Positions 10,020 to 19,573 of a stretch of DNA of 64,000 nt are shown here, piece after piece. This DNA is from an uncultured Verrucomicrobiaceae bacterium. GTDB lineage: Bacteria; Verrucomicrobiota; Verrucomicrobiia; Methylacidiphilales; CAYYVW01. The notes under the pieces were generated by a model. The model saw only the letters and a program-made list of their open reading frames with translations. It searched no databases and had not been told where the DNA came from. A program made the translations under genes and the position numbers. The stretch covers positions 38,974 through 102,973 of the forward strand of contig CAYYVW010000001.1 in NCBI GenBank assembly GCA_964473925.1, read 5' to 3'. How positions within the stretch are numbered: the first letter of the stretch is position 1; the number at the start of each line of letters is the position of its first letter.

Positions 10020-11147
10020 ATGCGCAAGCCGACAATCCGCATTCGGCCCTACCGTCATGCCAATAAGCCATACTTCGTTGTAGAAGGACTGCGCGTTAAT
10101 GGCAAGCGCGTTCGGAAATTCTTCCCGACGAAAACCGAAGCAGAGACATGGAAACAACTGAAGCTGGTCCAGTTGGAGAATGAGGGCAAAAGCGCCTTGG
10201 CCATGTCCGATGCGCTCCGCATCGAAGCCGTGAAGTGCGCGGGTGAATTGAAGGCCTATGGCAAAACGCTCACCGATGCGACTCGCTTCCTGATTGATTA
10301 CATCCATCGTACGGAGCGCAGTTGCACCGTTGCCGAGTTGGTGATGGAGTTCCAAACGGCCAAACGACGGGAGGGGAAATCGGATCGTTATCTGATGGAC
10401 TTGAAATCACGTCTGGGACGGTTTGCTGGCGACTTTGGGGATCGTAAGACGGCGACGGTGGAACCGCGTGAAATTGACGCGTGGCTGCAGAATTTGCCGC
10501 TGGGGCCTCAAAGCCGCAACAACTTCCGGCAGGCGATCCACGTGCTCTTCCGTTATGCGGTGACCCACGGACATGCCTCCGAGAATCCCGTCGCCAAAAC
10601 CGTCAAGGTCAAGCTGGCCGGCCCGGCGCCGAAAATTTTTACGCCGGCGCAAGTCGAAGCACTCCTCACCGCCGCGCGACAGCTCGCGCCCGAGATCCTG
10701 CCCGCGCTGGTTCTGGGCCTCTTCGCCGGATTGCGCGAAACGGAGATGGCGCGACTCGATTGGGCGGAGGTGGATCTAGAGGGGCTGCAGATTGAAGTTA
10801 AAGCTGACCCTACGGCGCGCATCGCCGGCCGCCGGATTGAAATGGAAAGCCACCTGGTAGCGTGGCTTGCGCCGCACGTGCAGGCAGGGGGCCGCGTGAT
10901 GCCGCCGGATTTCCACGCTCGGCGTGAGATGGTCTGTAAGGCCGCGCGCATTCGCTCCTGGCCCGAGGAAGTGATGCGCCACAGCTTTACCGCTCATCAC
11001 CTGGTTTACTTCCAGGCCGGGACGCGCACAGCGCGGCATCTGGGCTACGCCGACGCGTCGATGCTCGATGAGCGCTACCGCCGGCGGGTGGAGGAGCAGG
11101 AGGCGGACCGGTATTGGAATATTGCAAGTGGCGCGGGGGAGCAATGA
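10020..11147 (+). CDS. Tyrosine recombinase / site-specific integrase
   Basis: N-terminal arm-like GKRVRKFF, core-binding region, catalytic LGLFAGLRETE, MRHSF, HLGY and ERY (Tyr nucleophile). Confidence 0.9.
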   Translation: MRKPTIRIRPYRHANKPYFVVEGLRVNGKRVRKFFPTKTEAETWKQLKLVQLENEGKSALAMSDALRIEAVKCAGELKAYGKTLTDATRFLIDYIHRTERSCTVAELVMEFQTAKRREGKSDRYLMDLKSRLGRFAGDFGDRKTATVEPREIDAWLQNLPLGPQSRNNFRQAIHVLFRYAVTHGHASENPVAKTVKVKLAGPAPKIFTPAQVEALLTAARQLAPEILPALVLGLFAGLRETEMARLDWAEVDLEGLQIEVKADPTARIAGRRIEMESHLVAWLAPHVQAGGRVMPPDFHARREMVCKAARIRSWPEEVMRHSFTAHHLVYFQAGTRTARHLGYADASMLDERYRRRVEEQEADRYWNIASGAGEQ

Positions 11148-11288
11148 CGGCTTCAAGCGGTTCATCCCGCGAGCCATTGTGGAGGCGATGCGAAGGCGAG
11201 GGGGATCGTCGACGCGGCACGGGCTGGGGGCTCGATAACCAGCGCGATTGCTCTGCCTCGAATGTCGTTTTATTAGGCAGTGGTACAG

Positions 11289-11409
11289 TTTCGTCATTTC
11301 GACCGAAGCGAACGATAGTGAGCGGAGTGGAGAAATCTTGTTCCTAGTATGTACACGCTATGAACCAGATCTCTCGACTTCGCCTGCGGCTCCGCTCGAG
11401 ATGACGAAA
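11289..11409. repeat. CGTC-tagged REP-like palindromic element
   Basis: TTTCGTCATTTCGA ... TCGAGATGACGAAA terminal inverted repeat (13/14), internal GAGAAATC/GATCTCTC pair. Confidence 0.75.
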
Positions 11410-11514
11410 GTGTCCCACCACCGATTTTGGTGCATTATTTTCTTTTTCTGGCTCATCCTGCATGCATAGAGCGCTTGAAAATAAAGTGGAGACGCATTGG
11501 AAATACAACCTGAT

Positions 11515-12063
11515 ATGAAAAAGCCATTAAACATTAGAAAAATCGATGCGGCAGGGCGTCAATTGGAGACGGCAATCGAACTTTTCTTTTTAGAGAAGGA
11601 TCCAGTTTCCATTCATACGCTTGCGGCGGCTGTCTATGGAATGCTGCAAAGTTTAAACCAGCGGAAAGGAGGCAATCCCATGTTGGAAGAACGATTGATT
11701 GAGGAATATGCCATGCCTGGCAAGGAAAAGGAGCTGTGTAAAAAGTTAAACGAGGCAAAAAACTTTTTTAAGCATGCAGAGCATGATCCGGAGGGGGCCA
11801 TCGAATTCTATCCAGAATCGAACGAGTATATGCTGTGGGAAGCTGCCATTAAATATAGCGAATTAACTGGTGAGAGCACGCGCTACACTATGTGCATGAA
11901 TTTATGGTTTCACGTGCATCATGCGGATATGTTTACAGAAGAATACAAAAAGCAGTTTCCGATGGAAGCACAGCGCATGGCTCAGTCCGTGAGCCGAGTT
12001 GATTTTTTTCGGATATTTATGGCATTGGACTTGCGACACTTGCAAAAGACACGCGTGGAATGA
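11515..12063 (+). CDS. Hypothetical alpha-helical protein with KNFFKH motif
   Basis: AT-rich ORF; KIDAAGRQLETAIELFF...DPVSIHTLAAA...NEAKNFFKHAEHDP. Confidence 0.7.
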   Translation: MKKPLNIRKIDAAGRQLETAIELFFLEKDPVSIHTLAAAVYGMLQSLNQRKGGNPMLEERLIEEYAMPGKEKELCKKLNEAKNFFKHAEHDPEGAIEFYPESNEYMLWEAAIKYSELTGESTRYTMCMNLWFHVHHADMFTEEYKKQFPMEAQRMAQSVSRVDFFRIFMALDLRHLQKTRVE

Positions 12064-12124
12064 GGGTGCCTCATTGCTTTCCGAAAATCTCGCTTCCGAG
12101 GGCAATGGTGAATAATCTGCCGTC

Positions 12125-14659
12125 ATGCCGATTGCAGGTTTGATCGAGTCTGAGGCGCACGCCCGGTTAAGTGCGGAGGGCTTTAATGAGCTGCCCAGCC
12201 CGGACCGGCGGACGCCGCTGCGCATCGCGCTGGAGGTGGTGCGCGAGCCGATGCTGGCGCTTCTCTTGGGCGCGGGGTTGATTTATCTTTTGCTGGGGGA
12301 TGCGCAGGAGGCGCTGATCCTGCTGGCGTTTGCCACGCTGTCGGTGGTCATTACGGTGGTGCAGGAGGTGCGCACGGAGCGGGTTTTGGAGGCGCTGCAT
12401 GATTTGACGAGCCCGCGCGCGATGGTGATTCGCGGCGGCGTGCGCAAGCGCATTGCGGGGCGCGAGGTGGTGCGTGGCGATGTGATCGTGCTGGAGAACG
12501 GGGACCGGGTGCCGGCGGACGCGGTGCTGGTGGAGGGCCGGGATTTGCAGGCGGATGAGTCGCTGCTGACGGGCGAGTCGGTGCCGGTGCGAAAAGTTGC
12601 GTCCGCTGAGGGAGCCTCCCCGCCGGCGCGTCCGGGCGGAGATGATTTGCCGTATGTGTATTCGGGCTCATTGATCGTGCGCGGCAATGGCCTGGCCCGC
12701 GTGCTGGCGACCGGTCCGCGCAGCGAAATCGGCAAGATCGGGCAGTCGCTGGGCGCGCTGGAATTGGAACCGCCGCGGCTTCGGATCCAAACCACGCGGC
12801 TGGTGCGGCTCTGCGCCGTGGCCGGAGCCATTGTCAGCATGGTGGCGGTTGTTCTCTATGGGACGTTGCGCGGCGGGTGGCTGGACGCGGTGCTGGCGGG
12901 GATCGCGATTGGCATGTCGATGCTGCCGGAGGAATTTCCGATCGTGCTGGCTATTTTCATGGCGATGGGAGCGCTGCGAATTTCCCGCGCGCGGGTCCTG
13001 ACGCGGCGCGCCGCTTCCATCGAAACGCTGGGGTCGGCAACGGTGCTGTGCACGGACAAGACCGGCACCTTGACGGAAAATCGAATGTCGGTCGCCGAGT
13101 TGAGGCTCGGGAATGGCGAAGTCTTTCGCGCGCGCATAGCGAGCGAGGCGCTACTGCCGGAAGATTTCAGGGAACTGGCTGAATACGGCGCTCTGGCCAG
13201 CGCGCCTGAGCCGTTTGATCCGATGGAGAAAGCCTTCCATGAATTTGGGAGGGAAAGCGTGATTGAAGCAGATCGCGCGTGGAATTCGAAATGGAACCTG
13301 GTGCACACCTACGGACTTCGCCCGGAGCTATTAGCCATGACCCAGCTGTGGCGGAAGCCGGATTCGCCTGCGCTCATTGCCGCGGTCAAAGGCGCGCCCG
13401 AGGCGATTGCCGGTCTTTGCGGGATGACTCCGGAAGAGCGGGCAGCGATGCATCAATCCGTGGAAGTCATGGCAGCGGAGGGATTGCGCGTGCTGGGAAT
13501 TGCAAAAGCCACGCACACGGGGGAGCGGCCCAAGTCGCAGCGGGATTTCCAATTCGCATTTCTCGGTCTGGTCGGTTTGGCCGATCCATTGCGGCCAAGC
13601 GTGCCCGCCGCGGTGCGCGAATGCCGCTCCGCGGGCATTCGGGTCATCATGATCACTGGCGACTATCCGGCGACGGCGCAGGCCATCGCCCGCCAAGCGG
13701 GACTGGAGGTGAATGAAGTGCTCAGCGGTGACGCGATCGAACGCTTGGACGATGCGCAGCTCGCGCGCTGCGCGCGGACCGCAACGGTGTTCGCGCGCAT
13801 TATGCCTGAGCAGAAGCTGCGCATTGTGCAGGCGCTTAAGGCGGATGGCGAGATCGTCGCGATGACCGGCGACGGCGTGAATGACGCGCCGTCGCTCAAA
13901 GCCGCACACATCGGCGTGGCCATGGGTGGGCGCGGCACCGACGTGGCGCGCGAAGCCTCCGCCATTGTGCTGCTCGACGATGATTTTGGCTCCATCGTAA
14001 CCGCCATCCGGCTGGGGCGGCGCATTTACGACAATCTTCGAAAAGCGATGGGGTTTATCTTGGCTGTGCACATTCCCATCGCTGGGCTGGCGCTGCTGCC
14101 GCTGGTGTTCGGCCTGCCGATTATTTTCAGCCCCATTCATATCGCGTTTCTGGAAATGATTATTGATCCGGTGTGCTCGCTGGTCTTCGAAGCTGAGACC
14201 GACGAGGACGATGTGATGCGCCGCAAGCCCCGCGCGCCTGCCGAGCCCTTGTTCTCGCGGCATATGATTGGGTGGAGTATCGTGCAGGGCGCACTGGCGT
14301 TTGTGCTGGTCGGCGCGATTTTCCTAATCGCGTTGCAACGCGGCATGCCGGAAAACGAGGTGCGCGCGCTGACTTTCTTTTCCCTGGTGCTGTCGATCAT
14401 CAGCCTCATCTTTGTCAACCGCTCGTTCAGCGCTTCGCTCATCACCGCGTTTCGCCGTCCCAATCCGGCGCTGGGATGGATTCTATTGCTCATTGGCGGT
14501 ATTCTTGCCGTGAGCCTGCTGCTGCCTTCAGTCAGTACATTGTTTCGATTCGGACTTTTGCATGGGGATGATCTGGCCGTCACGCTGGCAGCCGGAGCTG
14601 GCGTGCTGATTGTGCTGGAATGGCTCAAGCCCCTCTGGCGAGCGCGGCTCCGAGCTTAA
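12125..14659 (+). CDS. Cation-transporting P-type ATPase (type II-like)
   Basis: LTGES, PEEFP, DKTGT phosphorylation site, MITGD, GDGVNDAP. Confidence 0.95.
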   Translation: MPIAGLIESEAHARLSAEGFNELPSPDRRTPLRIALEVVREPMLALLLGAGLIYLLLGDAQEALILLAFATLSVVITVVQEVRTERVLEALHDLTSPRAMVIRGGVRKRIAGREVVRGDVIVLENGDRVPADAVLVEGRDLQADESLLTGESVPVRKVASAEGASPPARPGGDDLPYVYSGSLIVRGNGLARVLATGPRSEIGKIGQSLGALELEPPRLRIQTTRLVRLCAVAGAIVSMVAVVLYGTLRGGWLDAVLAGIAIGMSMLPEEFPIVLAIFMAMGALRISRARVLTRRAASIETLGSATVLCTDKTGTLTENRMSVAELRLGNGEVFRARIASEALLPEDFRELAEYGALASAPEPFDPMEKAFHEFGRESVIEADRAWNSKWNLVHTYGLRPELLAMTQLWRKPDSPALIAAVKGAPEAIAGLCGMTPEERAAMHQSVEVMAAEGLRVLGIAKATHTGERPKSQRDFQFAFLGLVGLADPLRPSVPAAVRECRSAGIRVIMITGDYPATAQAIARQAGLEVNEVLSGDAIERLDDAQLARCARTATVFARIMPEQKLRIVQALKADGEIVAMTGDGVNDAPSLKAAHIGVAMGGRGTDVAREASAIVLLDDDFGSIVTAIRLGRRIYDNLRKAMGFILAVHIPIAGLALLPLVFGLPIIFSPIHIAFLEMIIDPVCSLVFEAETDEDDVMRRKPRAPAEPLFSRHMIGWSIVQGALAFVLVGAIFLIALQRGMPENEVRALTFFSLVLSIISLIFVNRSFSASLITAFRRPNPALGWILLLIGGILAVSLLLPSVSTLFRFGLLHGDDLAVTLAAGAGVLIVLEWLKPLWRARLRA

Positions 14660-14707
14660 AATCCAAAAGATTGTGCTTTTGCGGCACCTGCACAATATGG
14701 AAACGGT

Positions 14708-17107
14708 ATGAACGCGGTTTATACGCTGGATTTTTCGCAAATCACTTTAAAGGACCTTGGGAAGGTAGGCGGCAAGAACGCGTCGCTCGGCCAGCTCTTT
14801 AACGCGGTGAAGCCTAAGAGGGTCGGCGTGCTCGATGGTTTTGCGACAACTTCCGCCGCCTATTGGCGTTTATTGGAGGAAGCCGGGTTAAAAGCAAAAC
14901 TGGAAAAGATTTTCACTGGGCTCGACGCGGAAAATCTGGAAGCGCTTCAGCGGGCCGGGCAATCCGCCCGCGCCGCTGTCCTGGCGACGCCGCTGCCGGA
15001 AGATTTGCGGCAGGCGATTCTCGAAGGTTATGAGCGCTTGTGCTTTCGCGTCGGTCGGCAAGTGGAACTCGCCGTGCGCTCATCGGCGACGGCGGAAGAT
15101 TTACCGGAAGCGTCGTTTGCCGGCGCGGCGGAAACTTTCCTCAATGTGCGCGGGTCGGAGGAGCTGCTGCGCGCGGCGCACAATTGCTTCGCCTCGCTCT
15201 TTACCGATCGCGCGATCAGCTACCGGGCGCGGTTGGGTTATGATCAATTGAAGGTTGCGCTTTCGGTCGGCGTAATGCCGATGGTGCGCTCGGATCAGGC
15301 AAGTTCGGGCGTCATTTTCACACTGGACACCGAGTCGGGATTCAGGGATGTGGTAACCGTTTCCAGCATTTACGGGCTCGGCGAATTTATTGTCCAGGGC
15401 GTGGTCAGTCCCGACGAATGGACGGTCTTCAAGCCCACGCTGGCCAAAGGTTGCCGTGCGATTGTCGGCCGCCGTTTGGGTTCCAAAGAAGTGCGTCTGG
15501 TCTATGCGGGAGGAACGCGTGCGACGCGCAGCGAACCGGTGCCGGAAGAGCAGCGCGCGCGCTTTTCAATTTCTGATGACGAGGTGCTGACGCTGGCCCG
15601 GTGGGCGTGTGTCATTGAGGAGCATTATTCGGAACTGGCGGGGCATTCGCAGCCGATGGACATTGAGTGGGCCAAAGACGGTCAGACGGGCGAGCTATTT
15701 ATCGTGCAGGCGCGTCCGGAGACGGTGCATTCAGGAAAATCGCGGACTGCCGTTTCGGAAACGTACCGGCTGAAATCCAAGCCCGGCGCGCCGCTGGTGG
15801 TGGGACAGGCGGTCGGAGAAAAGATCGGCGCGGGCAAAGTACGAATCGTTTCCGACGTGGGCGCCTTGCACGCCGTTAATCCCGGCGATGTCCTGGTTGC
15901 GAAAAATACCGATCCTGATTGGGAACCGGTGATGCGCAAGGTCGCTGCGATTGTTACGGATCAAGGTGGACGCACAGCGCATGCGGCGATTGTTTCGCGG
16001 GAGTTTGGGATTCCGTGCGTGGTTGGCACCGGCAACGCGACCCAGAAGCTGCGCGACGGCCAGGAGGTGACCGTCTGCTGCGCGCAAGGAACGGAGGGAC
16101 ACATCTACGACGGAAAGCTGGATTTTGCCATCGAACGCCTCAATGCCGGGACGCTGCCGCCGACGCGTACAAACATTATGCTGACGGTCGGCGATCCGGG
16201 CCGGGCATTCCAGTTGGCTGCGATTTCCAACTCCGGCGTTGGACTAGCGCGCCTGGAGTTCATCATCACCAATCAAATTGGCATCCATCCGATGGCATTG
16301 GTTCGGTATCCGAATCTCTCAAATGCGAAAACAGCGCAGGAAATTCACACCCGGATTGGTGAAGAAGATCCACGGGAATTTTTTGTGCGCAACTTGAGCG
16401 AGGGTATCGGACGCATCGCGGCAGCGTTTTATCCCAAACCGGTGATTGTTCGCACGAGCGACTTTAAGACGAACGAATACGCCGGACTGCTGGGCGGCGG
16501 CGAATTTGAAAAGCCCGAGGAAAATCCGATGCTGGGGCTGCGCGGCGCCTCGCGCTATTACGACCCGTCGTATCAGGAGGGCTTTGCCTTAGAATGTGCG
16601 GCGCTGCTGCGTGCGCGCAAGGAGATGGGGCTTTCCAACATCAAAGTGATGATTCCCTTTTGCCGGACGGTGGATGAAGCTCGGCGCGTTATTGACGTAA
16701 TGCGGGAAAATGGATTGCGGCAGGGCGAGGATGGGCTGGAGGTTTATGCCATGTGCGAAATCCCCGCGAATGTTATCTTGGCGTCGGACTTCCTGAAGAT
16801 TTTTGACGGTTACTCCATTGGCTCCAATGACCTGACGCAGCTGACGCTGGGATTGGATCGCGACTCCGGCACCGTGGCGAAACTCTTCGATGAAAACAAC
16901 GCAGCGGTTCGATGGATGATCGCCGAGGCGATCCGCGCCGCGCATCAGGCGGGCAAGCCGATCGGGATTTGCGGTCAGGCGCCGTCCGACTTCCCGGAGT
17001 TTGCCAAGTGGCTGGTGGAACAGGGGATTGATTCGATTTCGCTCAATCCCGATTCGGCGATCAAAACAGCGAACGCCATCGCCGAGTTTGAAGCTGGGGC
17101 CTGTTAA
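14708..17107 (+). CDS. ppsA: Phosphoenolpyruvate synthase
   Basis: VGGKNASLG, AVRSSATAEDL, DIEWAKDG, GGRTAHAAIVSRE (phospho-His), ENPMLGLRG, SIGSNDLTQ. Confidence 0.96.
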   Translation: MNAVYTLDFSQITLKDLGKVGGKNASLGQLFNAVKPKRVGVLDGFATTSAAYWRLLEEAGLKAKLEKIFTGLDAENLEALQRAGQSARAAVLATPLPEDLRQAILEGYERLCFRVGRQVELAVRSSATAEDLPEASFAGAAETFLNVRGSEELLRAAHNCFASLFTDRAISYRARLGYDQLKVALSVGVMPMVRSDQASSGVIFTLDTESGFRDVVTVSSIYGLGEFIVQGVVSPDEWTVFKPTLAKGCRAIVGRRLGSKEVRLVYAGGTRATRSEPVPEEQRARFSISDDEVLTLARWACVIEEHYSELAGHSQPMDIEWAKDGQTGELFIVQARPETVHSGKSRTAVSETYRLKSKPGAPLVVGQAVGEKIGAGKVRIVSDVGALHAVNPGDVLVAKNTDPDWEPVMRKVAAIVTDQGGRTAHAAIVSREFGIPCVVGTGNATQKLRDGQEVTVCCAQGTEGHIYDGKLDFAIERLNAGTLPPTRTNIMLTVGDPGRAFQLAAISNSGVGLARLEFIITNQIGIHPMALVRYPNLSNAKTAQEIHTRIGEEDPREFFVRNLSEGIGRIAAAFYPKPVIVRTSDFKTNEYAGLLGGGEFEKPEENPMLGLRGASRYYDPSYQEGFALECAALLRARKEMGLSNIKVMIPFCRTVDEARRVIDVMRENGLRQGEDGLEVYAMCEIPANVILASDFLKIFDGYSIGSNDLTQLTLGLDRDSGTVAKLFDENNAAVRWMIAEAIRAAHQAGKPIGICGQAPSDFPEFAKWLVEQGIDSISLNPDSAIKTANAIAEFEAGAC

Positions 17108-17152
17108 CACAAAAAGCGGACCGCGCGGCTCGCTTTTTTGTGTTAACAGGCC
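17098..17152. terminator. Bidirectional terminator between convergent ppsA and ldhA
   Basis: GGCCTGTTAACACAAAAAGCG / CGCTTTTTTGTGTTAACAGGCC, about 21-bp inverted repeat with one bulge and A/T tracts. Confidence 0.8.
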
Positions 17153-17169
17153 CTAAGCAGAAAAAATAG

Positions 17170-18174
17170 TTAGGACTTGGGCGCGATCACTTGATTGACG
17201 AGCGACTGTCCCTTTTCGAAGGTCGTGATGTTTTCCAATGTCGTCTGAGCGATGTTGGTCAATGCCTCGTGCGTGAGAAACGCCTGGTGCGACGTGATGA
17301 TGACATTGGGGAACGTCAACAGCCGCGCCAGCACATCGTCCTGCAAAATTTCCCCCGAAAGGTCCTGGAAGAAAACATCGGCCTCCTCCTCGTATACGTC
17401 GAGCCCCGCCGCGCCGATATGCTGCGTCTTTAATCCTTTGAGCAATGCCCGGCTGTTGATCACCGCACCTCGGCTTGTATTGATCAGCATAACGCCAGGC
17501 TTCATTTGATCGATGGCCTTTTGATCAATCAAATGCCGTGTGGCGGGAGTCAGCGGCACGTGCAGCGAGATCACGTCCGATTCACGGAAAATTTCCTCTA
17601 GGCTCACGTATTTCAACCCGACTTCCTTCGCGAAGGCTGCATCTGGCGCAACATCTGCCGCGAGCAGTCGGCAGTCGAACCCCTGCATGATTTTGGCAAA
17701 CACCTGCCCAATCTTTCCGGTGCCGAGAATGCCGATCGTTTTGCCATGCAGGTCGAACCCTACCAATCCTTCGAGCGAAAAGTTTCCTTCACGGACACGC
17801 GCGTACGCCCGGTGAATTTTCCGGTTCAGCGCTAGAATTAGCATCACCGCATGCTCAGCAACCGCATACGGGGAATAGGCGGGAACCCGCACCACTGGCA
17901 GCCCAAGCTCGGCGGCGGCGGCCAGGTCGACATTGTTAAACCCGGCGCTGCGCAGCGCGATGAGCCGCGCGCCGTTTTTCTTTAATTCCTGGAGCACGTC
18001 ACGATTGAGCGTGTCATTGACAAAAACGCATACCGCTCCAAAGCCGTGCGCCGCTCGAGCGGTTTCGGCATTCAAGCGGCTTTCAAAGAAAACCAACTCA
18101 TGCTTGGTGGTTTTGTTTTGCTCTTCAAAAACCGCCTGCTCGAAGCGATGGGTGTCAAAGACGGCCACGTGCAT
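17170..18174 (-). CDS. ldhA: D-lactate dehydrogenase (D-2-hydroxyacid dehydrogenase family)
   Basis: ALRSAGFNNVDL, RVPAYSPYAVAEHA, GTGKIG, NTSRG, LDVYEEE, TSHQAF; ATG at 18174. Confidence 0.9.
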   Translation of the reverse strand: MHVAVFDTHRFEQAVFEEQNKTTKHELVFFESRLNAETARAAHGFGAVCVFVNDTLNRDVLQELKKNGARLIALRSAGFNNVDLAAAAELGLPVVRVPAYSPYAVAEHAVMLILALNRKIHRAYARVREGNFSLEGLVGFDLHGKTIGILGTGKIGQVFAKIMQGFDCRLLAADVAPDAAFAKEVGLKYVSLEEIFRESDVISLHVPLTPATRHLIDQKAIDQMKPGVMLINTSRGAVINSRALLKGLKTQHIGAAGLDVYEEEADVFFQDLSGEILQDDVLARLLTFPNVIITSHQAFLTHEALTNIAQTTLENITTFEKGQSLVNQVIAPKS

Positions 18175-18236
18175 AAAGAAGGCTTTAACGCTTTGGTAAT
18201 AGAATGGCAATCTCGGCTGGCGATTTTATTCACAAC

Positions 18237-18271
18237 AAAAAACGGCGTGTTTTGGCCAAGGGAGGGGTAGC
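18237..18271 (+). promoter_or_regulatory. Conserved motif upstream of hsp20 (shared with usp upstream region)
   Basis: AAAAAA-N9-TTGGCCAAG-N4-GGGTAGC, same spacing as 20594-20628. Confidence 0.55.
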
Positions 18272-18343
18272 GGGTTTTGCACCGCGCGAGCACGTTGGAA
18301 CTATCAACCACACGCCGTTTCAAATCAACCCAAGGAGAAACAC

Positions 18344-18826
18344 ATGACAAACGCTCTCGCTAAATACGCTTCACCACGAACCGCTTTGTGGAATCCTATC
18401 CAGGAAATGGAGGAGATGCAAAATCGCCTTGCTTCCTTTTTTAAGACGCCGTCGCTTCTGTCTTCCAACGGAAAAGACGAATTGATGACGCTGGCCCAGT
18501 GGGCGCCGCTAGCGGACATCTCGGAGGATGAGCGCAGCTTCACGATCAAGACCGAATTGCCGGAGATAAAAAAGGAAGACGTTAAAATCGCCGTCAAGGA
18601 TGGAACGCTTTCCATCTCAGGCGAACGCAAAATGGAAAAGGAGGAAAAGGGCAGGCGCTATCACCGGATTGAACGCGCCTACGGCAGCTTTTTGCGCAGC
18701 TTTGTTGTTCCCGAGAGCGCGAGCGCGGAGAAAACTGAAGCGGAGTTCAAGGACGGCGTGCTGACCGTGCGCCTGCCCAAAGATGAATCAGCAAAACCCA
18801 AGAGCATTACCATCAAAGTCAATTAA
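18344..18826 (+). CDS. Small heat-shock protein (Hsp20)
   Basis: WAPLADISE, ELPEIKKEDVKI, RIERAYGSFLRSF, AEFKDGVLTVRLPK; AGGAGA RBS. Confidence 0.95.
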   Translation: MTNALAKYASPRTALWNPIQEMEEMQNRLASFFKTPSLLSSNGKDELMTLAQWAPLADISEDERSFTIKTELPEIKKEDVKIAVKDGTLSISGERKMEKEEKGRRYHRIERAYGSFLRSFVVPESASAEKTEAEFKDGVLTVRLPKDESAKPKSITIKVN

Positions 18827-19045
18827 TCCATGCAACCTAAGGCCCGAAGCGCGCCGGCCCACAAACGCGGCGCCAACCGCAAAGAGCTGGCGCGCCGGGA
18901 GCGTCGGCAGAATGGTTCTCCCTATTCCTGCTCGCGGGATATTCGGGAGGACCGCTGTCAGCGCCAAACGAAATCTGCTGCTGCGGCTCGCACGCTGTCG
19001 GCATCGGCACATTAGCCGATCAAATAAACTTACAAAATTACTTCT

Positions 19046-19573
19046 ATGGAATCCTCTCTGGTTAAAGCCGTTGTTATTTATCACGACGCAGCTTCACGCG
19101 AAGCAGCGGCTTATTTATGCGCGACGCTGCGAAAGCATGCGCCACGCCAGGAGGATTTGCGCGTCTTCTGCTGCCAGGCGAATTATTTGTATCATCCGGG
19201 CATCCTGCAGGAGGCTACTATGGCGGCGGCGGCGGCGGACCTGGTGATTTTAGCCTTGCCCGCCCACGCGCTCTGCGCCCCCGTTCACCGCTGGTTATGG
19301 GACTGGTCCCATTTGCGCCAAAAGGGAAAAGTTGGTGCTCTCGTAGTGTGCTGCGATCTGATCGCCGACGAGCTGGAGGAAACGCACGAAATGCGCGAGC
19401 AGCTCAGCCGCGTTGCCCAAGACGCTCAGCTCGAAGCGTTTTATTGGGTGATGGATTCCAAACAACCGATTGAACCGCTTCTTCCCGCTCACGCGTATGA
19501 AGCGCCGGAAAAAGAAACCGTTCCCGAGCAGGCCGATCATGCGTTAAGCGCCCCGGCGCATGCTCTATGCTAA
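19046..19573 (+). CDS. Hypothetical protein (flavodoxin/receiver-like alpha/beta pattern)
   Basis: KAVVIYHDAASREAA...AAAADLVILA...WL..W...GALVV; stop overlaps convergent AraC gene. Confidence 0.65.
   Translation: MESSLVKAVVIYHDAASREAAAYLCATLRKHAPRQEDLRVFCCQANYLYHPGILQEATMAAAAADLVILALPAHALCAPVHRWLWDWSHLRQKGKVGALVVCCDLIADELEETHEMREQLSRVAQDAQLEAFYWVMDSKQPIEPLLPAHAYEAPEKETVPEQADHALSAPAHALC

Noticed and set aside
18252-18271. Sigma54 promoter reading of TTGGC...TAGC
   Set aside because: GG to GC spacing is 14 nt rather than 10.
18827-19045. GC-rich intergenic region with GCGCGCCGG repeats
   Set aside because: No consistent fold or credible ORF; matches are explicable by GC content.
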